Positions 55,435-64,000 of a DNA stretch of 64,000 nt are shown one piece after another; position 1 is the stretch's first letter, and each line of letters opens with the position of its first letter. The DNA comes from Chloroflexota bacterium (GTDB lineage Bacteria > Chloroflexota > Anaerolineae > UBA2200): contig JACIWX010000003.1 of NCBI GenBank assembly GCA_014360755.1, positions 283,678 through 347,677 of the forward strand, written 5' to 3'. The position numbers and the translations under genes are program-made. The notes beneath the pieces are model-generated. The model did no database searches and was not told the DNA's origin. It saw only the letters and a program-made list of their open reading frames with translations.

Positions 55435-57414
55435 ATGAAGAACGCTGGTACACACGCAACAGGGCTACAGGAGGCGAAGTACCACATTGCCTTCAGACCC
55501 GACGCAAAAATGGTTACGGTGCCTGAAGGGACGCTGTTGAGCGATGCCATCGCTCAAGCAGGCATCCGCTTCAACCTGCCCTGCGGGGGACAGGGGCGGT
55601 GTGGCCGCTGCAAGGTTGTCGTGGAAAAGGGCGAGGTCAAGCGGCGCGGTACCAGCCGACTGTCAACCGTAGAACTGGAGCAGGGTTACGCCTTAGCCTG
55701 TCAAACGATGGTTTACGACGACTTGCAAGTCTTTATCCCGCCTCAGGAAGCCATCCTGCGCCGCTTGCCCAGTGAGAAAGCGGCAGCTGAAATTCCGACT
55801 TTGCCCGTAGAATGCGATTGGCAAAGCAATCCGATTGTGCAAAAGTTTTTCCTCACCATCGAGCCCCCCAGCCTTTCCGATAATACGACTGATTTTGAGC
55901 GCTTACAACGCGAACTGGCAAAGCAGTACAACATCAGGAACATCGTCGCCGGCCTGCCGGTGCTGCGCAAGTTGGCACGGACACTGCGCGAATCGGAAAA
56001 GGAAAGCCAAGGTTGGCAAGTCACCGCGGTGCTCGAAATGGGCTCTTGGCTGGACGAGGACGCGCCACCGCGTTTGATAGACCTGCGTCCAGGGGATCAC
56101 ACAGGGCGTACCCTAGCCGTGGCTGTGGACATTGGCACGACCACCAATGTGGTCTATCTGGTAGATTTAGCGAGTGGTAAATTTATCGACAGCGCAGCAG
56201 CCTACAACGCACAGATATCCTGTGGTGAAGACATCATCTCGCGCATCCTTTATGCCAGGAAAGAAGGCGGGCTGGAACATCTGCAAAGGCTTGTCGTTGG
56301 GACCATCAATGAACTGTTGCATGAACTGGCTGAACGCAACCGGATTGACCTGAGCGAAATCTATGCCATGACTGTTGCCGGCAACACCACGATGATCCAT
56401 CTATTCCTCGCCCTCGACCCATCCTTCATTCGGCTGGAACCTTACATTCCAACCATCAATCATCCCCCACCGGTGCGCGCTGCTGAGCTGGGCATCCATA
56501 TCTGCCCGGAAGCGCCGGTGGATTGCTTGCCTAGCGTAGGAGCGTATGTCGGCGGGGACATTACCGCGGGCGTGCTCAGTTCAGGCATGTTCAAGACCGA
56601 TACACTGACCCTTTTCATTGACGTGGGCACCAACGGCGAGATCGTATTGGGCAATGCTGATTGGCTCATCTGTTGCGCTTGCTCAGCAGGGCCTGCTTTT
56701 GAAGGCGCCGGTGTCCATTCAGGCATGCGCGCTACAGTGGGCGCTATCGAAGAAGTATGGATCAACGCCCAAACCTACGAACCCACATATCAGGTCATTG
56801 GCAACGTGCCCCCACGTGGCATCTGCGGCTCAGCCATGATTTCACTGCTGGCGGAAATGTTCATCACCGGCATTATAGACAAATCGGGCCGCATCAATCG
56901 CCATCTCAATACCCCGCGCATACGGATGGGAGAGCATGGCCCGGAATATGTGGTAGCCTGGGCGAAGGAGACGCGTAACCAAGAGGAAGACATTGTCTTG
57001 ACGGAAGTGGACATCTCTAATCTCATCCGCGCCAAGGGCGCCATTTACGCCGGCTTCTCCGTGCTGACTGCCAGCGTAGGTATTGACTTGGCTGATGTAG
57101 AACAGGTGCTCATCGGTGGCGCTTTTGGCAAGTACATTGACGTCGAAAAAGCGATTCAGATTGGCTTGCTGCCGGACATGCCCTGGGAGCGCTTCAAGTA
57201 TCTGGGCAACACATCCGTCTTGGGGGCTTTTACCGCTTTGCTTTGCCGGGATATGCGACGCGAAGTGGTCGAGATTGCCCGGAAGATGACCTATCTAGAA
57301 CTGAGTGCCGACAACCGTTTCATGGAACAGTTCACTTCGGCATTGTTCTTGCCGCACACCGACATGACTGCTTTCCCCTCGGTGCTGCGCTTGCTGGACC
57401 AGCAGGGGAAATAG
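55435..57414 (+). CDS. acsV: Reductive activator of corrinoid proteins (RACo; 2Fe-2S + ASKHA ATPase)
   Basis: CGGQGRCGRC..LACQ, DIGTT, GEDIISRI, DVGTNGE, AGPAFEG, GICGS. Confidence 0.93.
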   Translation: MKNAGTHATGLQEAKYHIAFRPDAKMVTVPEGTLLSDAIAQAGIRFNLPCGGQGRCGRCKVVVEKGEVKRRGTSRLSTVELEQGYALACQTMVYDDLQVFIPPQEAILRRLPSEKAAAEIPTLPVECDWQSNPIVQKFFLTIEPPSLSDNTTDFERLQRELAKQYNIRNIVAGLPVLRKLARTLRESEKESQGWQVTAVLEMGSWLDEDAPPRLIDLRPGDHTGRTLAVAVDIGTTTNVVYLVDLASGKFIDSAAAYNAQISCGEDIISRILYARKEGGLEHLQRLVVGTINELLHELAERNRIDLSEIYAMTVAGNTTMIHLFLALDPSFIRLEPYIPTINHPPPVRAAELGIHICPEAPVDCLPSVGAYVGGDITAGVLSSGMFKTDTLTLFIDVGTNGEIVLGNADWLICCACSAGPAFEGAGVHSGMRATVGAIEEVWINAQTYEPTYQVIGNVPPRGICGSAMISLLAEMFITGIIDKSGRINRHLNTPRIRMGEHGPEYVVAWAKETRNQEEDIVLTEVDISNLIRAKGAIYAGFSVLTASVGIDLADVEQVLIGGAFGKYIDVEKAIQIGLLPDMPWERFKYLGNTSVLGAFTALLCRDMRREVVEIARKMTYLELSADNRFMEQFTSALFLPHTDMTAFPSVLRLLDQQGK

Positions 57415-57478
57415 TCTACAAACCATAACAAAGTATGGTATTATCTATTATTGAACACATTGGGAGAGAGAAGCGAAC

Positions 57479-58243
57479 ATGACGATGACCATTGCAGTCG
57501 CTGGAAAAGGTGGCACGGGCAAAACTACCTTTGCCGCGCTGCTGATTAAATACATACGTTCCCGGAACCTGGGTTATATCCTAGCCATTGATGGGGACCC
57601 CAGTGCTAACCTGAACCTGGTGCTGGGCATGGATCTTCCAGACACCATTGGCCACATCCGCGAGGACACACTGGCGCAGATCAGCCGGGGTCGTTACGAT
57701 ACGTCTATCCCTAAGGCAGATTTTTTCGAGTACCGCATCAACGAGGCATTAGCGGAGGGGGATAGGATAGACCTGATTGCCATGGGCCGCCCAGAAGGGC
57801 CTGGTTGCTACTGTGCTGCGAATAGCATCCTGCGCACCGTGATTGACCGCCTGGGCAATCAATATGACTTTGTGGTGATAGACAACGAAGCAGGATTGGA
57901 GCACATCAGCCGCCAGACCACACGCGATGTAGACAAGTTGTTCATCGTTACGGATATGACCATGCGCGGTATTGCTGCCGCCGGGCATATCGTACGCCTT
58001 ATCAAGGAACTGGGCACACGTGTTCATGAAACGTACCTAGTGATCAATCGGGCGGAGAGCGATATCCCCCCGTTGATGCGGGAGGAAATCGCACGGCTTG
58101 GGTTGAACCTCATTGGCACGTTGCCCCAGGACAGGACGATCACTGAGTTCGACTTGACGGGCAGGCCGTTGATCGAGATCAGCGAAGAGTCCCCCATTTA
58201 CAAGGCAGTGACAGAAATCGCTGCCAAAGCAGGCATTCGCTGA
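57479..58243 (+). CDS. cooC: CODH/ACS nickel-insertion ATPase (CooC/AcsF)
   Basis: GKGGTGKTT, GPGCYC, DNEAGLEH.SR. Confidence 0.92.
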   Translation: MTMTIAVAGKGGTGKTTFAALLIKYIRSRNLGYILAIDGDPSANLNLVLGMDLPDTIGHIREDTLAQISRGRYDTSIPKADFFEYRINEALAEGDRIDLIAMGRPEGPGCYCAANSILRTVIDRLGNQYDFVVIDNEAGLEHISRQTTRDVDKLFIVTDMTMRGIAAAGHIVRLIKELGTRVHETYLVINRAESDIPPLMREEIARLGLNLIGTLPQDRTITEFDLTGRPLIEISEESPIYKAVTEIAAKAGIR

Positions 58244-58326
58244 GCAGTCTGCATCTTGATAGCAACGAAACCTTTCATCACATAAATGGCAGGATACGCA
58301 ATACGTAATACAAAAAGGAGGATCAC

Positions 58327-59247
58327 ATGCTGATTATCGGCGAGAATATCCATATCATCTCCCCAAAGGTCAAGGCTGCCTTCGAGACCCGGGACAGCAA
58401 GTTCATCCAGGAACTGGCCTTGCGGCAGGTGGAGCACGGCGCAGACATGCTCGACCTGAACATCGGGCCACAGAGAAAGCGCGGCGTGGAAGTGATGGAG
58501 TGGATCGTGGACGCGGTGCAAGAAGTTACGGATGTACCCCTCTCGCTGGACACCACCAATGCAGCGGCGATCGAGGCTGGCTTGAAACGGGTCAAACGTC
58601 AGGCGATGATCAATTCTACCTCAGCTGACCCAGAGCGGCTGGAGACCATTATGCCACTGGCAGCCAAGTACAATGCCAAGATCGTTGCTTTGACCATGGG
58701 CAAATCGGGCATCCCCACGACCGCCGAGGCACGCATAGAACTGGCGATGGAAGTATTAATCCCCAAAGCCATGGAACTGGGTATACCGATGTCCGATCTG
58801 TACCTTGATCCACTCGTGCTCACAGTCAATGGGACGCAAGAACATGCGCCACACACGTTGAATGCAGTGCGCTTCTTCAAGCAGCTCACCGATCCGCCAC
58901 CCATGACTGTGGTTGGCCTCTCCAACATCTCCAACAGCGTTCCAGCAGAAAACCGCAGCCTGATCAATCGCACCTTCTTGGTCATGCTGATGGCTGCTGG
59001 CCTGGACGCAGCCATTGCGGACCCGTTGGATAAGAAGCTGAACGAATATATACGCATCGTGCAACAACGTGACACAAGCACAGGCCTGGGCAATTTGCTC
59101 GTAACACTCTACGACAAAACAGCGGCTATGGAAGAGCTCGAACCTTCCGATGTGGACATGGGCGACCCAGAACAGGTAGCTGTTTGGAAGACCACGCAAA
59201 TCCTGTACAACAAGGTCATCTACGCGCATTCGTATCTGCGCATGTAG
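58327..59247 (+). CDS. acsE: Methyl-THF:corrinoid iron-sulfur protein methyltransferase
   Basis: MLIIGENI, LDLN, LSLDTTN, INST, DPL, GLSNIS, GLDAAI.DP; cluster context. Confidence 0.9.
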   Translation: MLIIGENIHIISPKVKAAFETRDSKFIQELALRQVEHGADMLDLNIGPQRKRGVEVMEWIVDAVQEVTDVPLSLDTTNAAAIEAGLKRVKRQAMINSTSADPERLETIMPLAAKYNAKIVALTMGKSGIPTTAEARIELAMEVLIPKAMELGIPMSDLYLDPLVLTVNGTQEHAPHTLNAVRFFKQLTDPPPMTVVGLSNISNSVPAENRSLINRTFLVMLMAAGLDAAIADPLDKKLNEYIRIVQQRDTSTGLGNLLVTLYDKTAAMEELEPSDVDMGDPEQVAVWKTTQILYNKVIYAHSYLRM

Positions 59248-59505
59248 GCACGCGCAAACCGTAAATAGCCCTCAATTGCGCGACAAGCTGGCAGATAAGT
59301 ACTGTCACTTGCTTGTCATACTTATGCACAATAATCAGCTGCGCTGAAAGCCCTGGCCAAAGTATGACCAGGGCTTGTGTTTCTTCACCGCTTGGGCAAA
59401 ACGTGGTATAATCGTATGGAGCAGAATACGGTGGGCGGTGCTTATTCGCGCGTATTTCAGAGCAGGGTTTTCTGCCACACACTTCTGGCAAAGGAGGAAA
59501 CTGTC

Positions 59506-60693
59506 ATGTCCAATACTTACCGTGATCTCAACCCCCCTGAGCGCTTGTTGCTCGGCCCAGGACCAAGCAATGTAGACCCCCGTGTGCTGCGGGCGATGTC
59601 CACGCCATTGCTGGGCCATCTCGATCCAGAGTTCCTCAAAATCATGGACGAAACAAAGCAGTTGCTGCAGTATACCTTCCAGACGAATAACTACCTTACC
59701 CTCCCTGTTTCAGGCACAGGCAGCGCCGGCATGGAAACTGCCTTGTGCAATGTCATTGAACCTGGCGACAGAGTCGTGGTATGCGTGAGCGGCGTTTTTG
59801 GTGAGCGGATGTGCGATATCGTAGAACGCTGTGGCGGGGAGTTGATCCGGATTGATGCGGAATGGGGGCACATCATTACCCCGGAGCAAGTGGAAGCCGT
59901 TTTGCGCAAATCAGCAGTCAAGGTCGTCGCCATTGTGCATGCCGAGACTTCCACAGGCGTGCTCCAACCTTTGGGAGACATCGAGCGCCTGGTGCATGAG
60001 CATGGCGCTTTGTTCCTGGTGGATACAGTAACCTCCCTGGGCGGTTGCCCGGTGAAAGTGGATGAATGGAAATTGGATGTCGTTTATAGCGGCACGCAGA
60101 AATGCTTGAGTTGTCCGCCGGGCTTGGCCCCCATTACCTTCTCCCCACGCGCTGAACAAGTCCTGGACGCACGCAAGCGCAAGGTCCAGAGTTGGTATCT
60201 GGATATGACCATGATTCGGCGTTATTGGGGCCAAGAGCGATTCTACCACCATACTGCTCCCATCAGCATGTGCTATGCCTTGCGAGAGGCTCTGCGCATC
60301 ATCTACGAAGAAGGCTTGGAGGCGCGTTGGCAGCGCCATGCCCTGAACCATCGGGCTTTGATGGCAGGACTGCAAGCCATGGGCTTGAAGCCATTCGCCC
60401 AAGAGGGCTATTGGCTGCCTTCTCTGAACGCCGTACGTGTGCCGGATGGCATCCAGGACATGCGGGTACGAGGCCGTCTGCTGCAGGAGTATGGGATCGA
60501 AATTGGCGGGGGCTTGGGCAAGGTCAAGGGGCAAATTTGGCGCATCGGGCTGATGGGGTACAACTCCACACGCAAAACAGTTATGGTATTCTTGAGCGCG
60601 CTGGAGGCGGTGTTGCGCGGAGAGGGCTATCCTGTTCGCCCAGGAGAGGCGGTGGCGGCAGCCGAGCAGGTGTACAGAACTGCATCAAGTTAA
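59506..60693 (+). CDS. Alanine/serine--glyoxylate aminotransferase (class V PLP)
   Basis: LLLGPGPS, SGTGSAGME, HAETSTG, SGTQKCLSCPPG, YHHT, WRIGLMG. Confidence 0.92.
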   Translation: MSNTYRDLNPPERLLLGPGPSNVDPRVLRAMSTPLLGHLDPEFLKIMDETKQLLQYTFQTNNYLTLPVSGTGSAGMETALCNVIEPGDRVVVCVSGVFGERMCDIVERCGGELIRIDAEWGHIITPEQVEAVLRKSAVKVVAIVHAETSTGVLQPLGDIERLVHEHGALFLVDTVTSLGGCPVKVDEWKLDVVYSGTQKCLSCPPGLAPITFSPRAEQVLDARKRKVQSWYLDMTMIRRYWGQERFYHHTAPISMCYALREALRIIYEEGLEARWQRHALNHRALMAGLQAMGLKPFAQEGYWLPSLNAVRVPDGIQDMRVRGRLLQEYGIEIGGGLGKVKGQIWRIGLMGYNSTRKTVMVFLSALEAVLRGEGYPVRPGEAVAAAEQVYRTASS

Positions 60694-60709
60694 AACCGGG
60701 GCATACAAA

Positions 60710-61615
60710 ATGGCTATGCATCCATTCTCACTGGCAGGGATTTACGCCCCAATTCCCACGCCGTTTGACGCCAATGATGCGGTGGCCCACGACAAACTGG
60801 CGGAAAACATCGCCAAGTGGAACAAGACCAGCCTAGCAGGCTTTGTCGTTCTAGGCACCAACGGCGAATTTCCCCTCCTGAGCGACCGAGAGAAAGTGGA
60901 GGTACTGAGAACGGCCCGTCAGGCTATTCCTAAAGACAAGCAGTTTATCGCCGGTACGGGTTGCGAGTCAACCGGGCACACCTTGCGTTTCACTGAGCAA
61001 GCGGCAGCAATTGGAGCAGATGCGGCAATGGTCATCACTCCCAGTTATTACAAGTCCAGAATGGATGCGGGTGCCATGCGACGGCACTTTCTCCAATTAG
61101 CGGATCGTTCTCCCTTGCCGGTGATTCTCTACAACATGCCCGGTAACACGGGAGTTGACCTGGCTGCAGAGACTGTGCTGGAAATGGCGCAGCATCCCAA
61201 TATTGTGGGCATCAAGGACAGCAGCGGCAATATCGTCAAACTGGGAGAAATCCTGCGCGCTGCTCCGCCCCATTTTCAGATCTTGGCGGGATCGGCCAGC
61301 TTTCTCTATGCCGCGTTGGTTCTGGGCGCGGTAGGCGGCGTTGCTGCCTTGGCGAATATCGCTCCGGAGGCATGTTGCCGTCTGTATGAATACACTTTGC
61401 AGGGACAACACCAGGAAGCACGGCAACTGCAATTGAAGTTGATTCCGCCCAATGCGGCTGTGACCATCCGTTTCGGCGTCCCAGGTCTCAAACAAGCAAT
61501 GGATTGGCTGGGTTACTATGGTGGGCCACCGCGTCCACCGCTAGTGCCTTTGGATGAGGCGCAACAGGCTGCGCTGAAGGCCATTCTCATCGCCGCTGGA
61601 ATCCTCCCGACGTAA
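60710..61615 (+). CDS. DHDPS-family aldolase, probable 4-hydroxy-2-oxoglutarate aldolase
   Basis: GTNGE (not GTTGE), GTGCEST, TPSYYKSRM, KDSSG, AGSASFL..LGAVGGV.ALAN, FGVPGLK..MDW.GYYGG. Confidence 0.8.
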   Translation: MAMHPFSLAGIYAPIPTPFDANDAVAHDKLAENIAKWNKTSLAGFVVLGTNGEFPLLSDREKVEVLRTARQAIPKDKQFIAGTGCESTGHTLRFTEQAAAIGADAAMVITPSYYKSRMDAGAMRRHFLQLADRSPLPVILYNMPGNTGVDLAAETVLEMAQHPNIVGIKDSSGNIVKLGEILRAAPPHFQILAGSASFLYAALVLGAVGGVAALANIAPEACCRLYEYTLQGQHQEARQLQLKLIPPNAAVTIRFGVPGLKQAMDWLGYYGGPPRPPLVPLDEAQQAALKAILIAAGILPT

Positions 61616-61678
61616 TAGGGCGGATTCAAGTGGTTTGCAGGGTTTCTCGCCCCGTTTAATCAGGTCGATGGAGAGAGC

Positions 61679-63076
61679 ATGTACAACAAGGTAGATGCTG
61701 AAGTAGTTGCCGAACTGCGTCAGATTGTAGGCGAAGGCAACGTTCTGGTAAAGCGAGAGGATATCGAGCCATACACGCACGATGAAGTAGTAGGCTTGCG
61801 AGCTGATCCTGAGGTCGTGGTCAAAGCGACTTCCGCTCAACAGATTGCAGCAATCTTCAAATTAGCTCAACGGAAAAGGATACCTGTGACGCCGCGCGGC
61901 GCCGGTTGGGGGTTGAGTGGTGGGGCTGTCCCTGTCTGCGGCGGGATTGTCCTTTCGCTGGAGAAGATGAACCGCATCCTGGAAATTGACAAGGAAAACC
62001 TGATGGTTACCGTAGAGCCAGGGGTGATCACGGGCGACATCCACCGCGCGGTAGAGGCGGAAGGCCTGTTCTATCCTCCTGACCCCGCCAGCTTGGATTC
62101 CTGTTCTATCGGGGGCAACATTGCCGAAGGGGCAGGCGGGCCGAGAGCGGTCAAGTACGGGACCACGATGCACTATGTCTGTGGCTTGGAGGCGGTGCTG
62201 CCTTCAGGCGACATCATCATGTGCGGCGGAAAACTGGTTAAAAATGTAACCGGCTATAATCTGATTCAATTGATCATTGGGTCCGAAGGCACCCTGGCTG
62301 TGGTAACCAAGATCATCCTGCGCCTGTTGCCCCTGCCCAAAGAGCAGATTGACCTGCTTGTGCCCTACGATGATTTCCAGGCAGCAGCGGATACCGTCTC
62401 CGCCATTATTGCGCAGCGCATTGTGCCGGCGACCATTGAATTCATGGAGCGGGATAGCATCTTGGCAGTGGAGCGTTTGCTGCAGAAAGAAGTGCCATAC
62501 GATGACGCAGAAGCACACCTGCTCATCCAACTGGACGGCAACTATCGTGAGCAGGTGGATGCGGACATGGAAATCGTGGGCGAACTCTGCCTGCAGCATG
62601 GCGCACGGGATGTCCTGGTCGCCAGGGACCGGCCTACCCGCGATCGGCTGTGGGAAGCACGGCGCAAGATCATCGAGGCTCTGAAACATGAGAGCCCCAT
62701 TAACCACATGGAGGACGTGGTCGTGCCCCGCTCGGAGATACCGCGCCTGCTGAAGGGGGTCAAGGAAATTGCCAGAGAGTACGGTGTGCGTATCATCAGT
62801 TTTGGCCATGCTGGCGATGGCAATGTACACCTCAATGTCCTGAAAGATGACCTGTCCATGGAACGCTGGGAAGAACTTGTGCCTCGGATCGAGGAAGCTG
62901 TCTACCGTCTCACCTTATCGCTGGGCGGGACTATCACTGGCGAGCATGGTGTTGGAGCTACGCGGCGTAGATACCTGCCGCTGGCTTTGGATGAAGCACA
63001 GATCGCACTCCAACGCCGTATGCGAGCTGCTTTTGACCCCAATCAAATCTTGAACCCAAACAAAATTTTCCCCTAG
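61679..63076 (+). CDS. FAD-linked 2-hydroxyacid dehydrogenase (GlcD/LctD family)
   Basis: PRGAG.GLSGG, YPPDPAS, GGP.AVKYG, GSEGTL, GHAGDGNVH, GEHGVG, LNP.KIF. Confidence 0.9.
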   Translation: MYNKVDAEVVAELRQIVGEGNVLVKREDIEPYTHDEVVGLRADPEVVVKATSAQQIAAIFKLAQRKRIPVTPRGAGWGLSGGAVPVCGGIVLSLEKMNRILEIDKENLMVTVEPGVITGDIHRAVEAEGLFYPPDPASLDSCSIGGNIAEGAGGPRAVKYGTTMHYVCGLEAVLPSGDIIMCGGKLVKNVTGYNLIQLIIGSEGTLAVVTKIILRLLPLPKEQIDLLVPYDDFQAAADTVSAIIAQRIVPATIEFMERDSILAVERLLQKEVPYDDAEAHLLIQLDGNYREQVDADMEIVGELCLQHGARDVLVARDRPTRDRLWEARRKIIEALKHESPINHMEDVVVPRSEIPRLLKGVKEIAREYGVRIISFGHAGDGNVHLNVLKDDLSMERWEELVPRIEEAVYRLTLSLGGTITGEHGVGATRRRYLPLALDEAQIALQRRMRAAFDPNQILNPNKIFP

Positions 63077-63108
63077 AATGCAAAGCGCGCCATGCCATTC
63101 CGAACGCA

Positions 63109-63675
63109 GTGAAGGGATGTCATAAAGCCGTGAAAGAAAAGCCAGCGATTGTCTTGGTGCCTATAGGCGTTGTCCCAGCTGATCTGCTTGACTACCTGAC
63201 ACGCTCGCTAGCCATGATTTTTGGCTTCCCATGCGAGATTGCACCTTCCCTTCCTATCCCCATTGCAGCGTATGACCGGCGCCGTGGCCAATACAGAGGG
63301 GATGACATCTTGCGCCTGCTCATTGGATTGGAGATGCCACAAGCCAGGCGCGTCTTGGGCATCATCGATGCCGATTGTTACACTCCAGGGCTCAACTTTA
63401 TCTTCGGCCAAGCCAGGATGCGCGGGCGCGATGCCTTTATTGCCTTGCCGCGCCTAAGGCAGTCCTTCTACGGATTACCAGAAGACGAATCTCTGTTCCA
63501 GGAGCGGGTGCTGAAAGAAGCAGTGCATGAGTTAGGACACACGTACGGCTTGGATCATTGCCCCAATCCCAAATGCGTGATGCATTTTTCCAACAGCCTG
63601 CGCGATACCGACGTGAAGGACGCTGCATTTTGCGGCCGTTGCCAAACCCTGTGGAAACATGCCAGTAGCGCATGA
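63109..63675 (+). CDS. Archaemetzincin-family Zn metalloprotease
   Basis: R.QY, LNFIFGQA, KEAVHELGHTYGLDHC....CVM.FS...D.K...FC..C. Confidence 0.9.
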   Translation: MKGCHKAVKEKPAIVLVPIGVVPADLLDYLTRSLAMIFGFPCEIAPSLPIPIAAYDRRRGQYRGDDILRLLIGLEMPQARRVLGIIDADCYTPGLNFIFGQARMRGRDAFIALPRLRQSFYGLPEDESLFQERVLKEAVHELGHTYGLDHCPNPKCVMHFSNSLRDTDVKDAAFCGRCQTLWKHASSA

Positions 63676-63700
63676 ACAGATTGTGAGAGGGAGAGATACT

Positions 63701-64000
63701 ATGCCACAACCACTGACTGCCGTCCTCATTGGTGCGGGTCAAAGGGGTTACGAGGCGTATGGTCCTTATGCCCTGGCACACCCGGACGAGATCCGTTTCG
63801 TCGCGGTCGCTGAGCCCCACGACGTGCGCCGAGCGCGCTTCGCCAAAGCCCATGCCATCCCTCCAGAACGCCAGTTTCGCACTTGGGAGGAACTATTTGC
63901 CCAGGGGAAAATGGCTGATGCGGCACTTATCTGCACCTTGGACAGGCAGCATGTTGGACCCACTATTGCTGCTCTAGAGAATGGCTATGATGTCCTTTTG
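63701..64000 (+). CDS. Gfo/Idh/MocA family oxidoreductase, 5' part; runs off the window edge
   Basis: Manual translation MPQPLTAVLIGAGQRG..Y..YA...IRFVAVAEP...ICTLDRQH...ALENGYDVLL; absent from the ORF track. Confidence 0.85.
   Translation, partial: MPQPLTAVLIGAGQRGYEAYGPYALAHPDEIRFVAVAEPHDVRRARFAKAHAIPPERQFRTWEELFAQGKMADAALICTLDRQHVGPTIAALENGYDVLL

Noticed and set aside
59313..59331. Rex site before the AGT operon (TTGTCATACTTATGCACAA), and a weak one before aor near 14648
   Set aside because: Only one good half-site or wrong spacing
60710..61615. dapA (lysine biosynthesis)
   Set aside because: GTNGE instead of GTTGE, HOGA-like motifs, glyoxylate-gene context and no dapB or asd

Overview
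Bacterial chromosomal window of moderate-to-high GC. It is most consistent with an anaerobic Chloroflexota (Anaerolineae-like) genome; this is inferred from gene context, a T-box leader and a Gram-positive-type LexA box. The left half is mostly housekeeping: gyrB 5' end, DUF62-pncA-pncB, lon, rsmD, plsC, two deoxynucleoside kinases, an SCP2-ADH-AOR operon, a CDF transporter, comEA, T-box-thrS, tRNA-Leu and tRNA-Gly, and tig-clpP-clpX-alaS-(baseplate-J-like)-ruvX-mltG. The right half holds a nearly complete Wood-Ljungdahl pathway: a GltD-like/ferredoxin/MvhD fusion with metV-metF, fchA-folD-fhs, and cooS(acsA)-acsB-acsD-acsC-acsV-cooC-acsE. No formate dehydrogenase lies in the window. A glyoxylate module (AGT, HOGA-type aldolase, GlcD) follows. 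The most unusual items are accessory genes inside the CODH/ACS cluster (a Cys-less 'ADHH' HMA protein, three stand-alone CBS proteins, a Ser-less hydrolase), the MetFV partner fusion, a three-copy MITE with clear target-site duplications, a 615-bp TIR-bounded non-coding element packed with REP-like palindromes, a probable ATT start codon, several pseudoenzyme domains, and candidate LexA, NrtR and Rex operators. All calls are from reading the sequence by eye; no searches were run.
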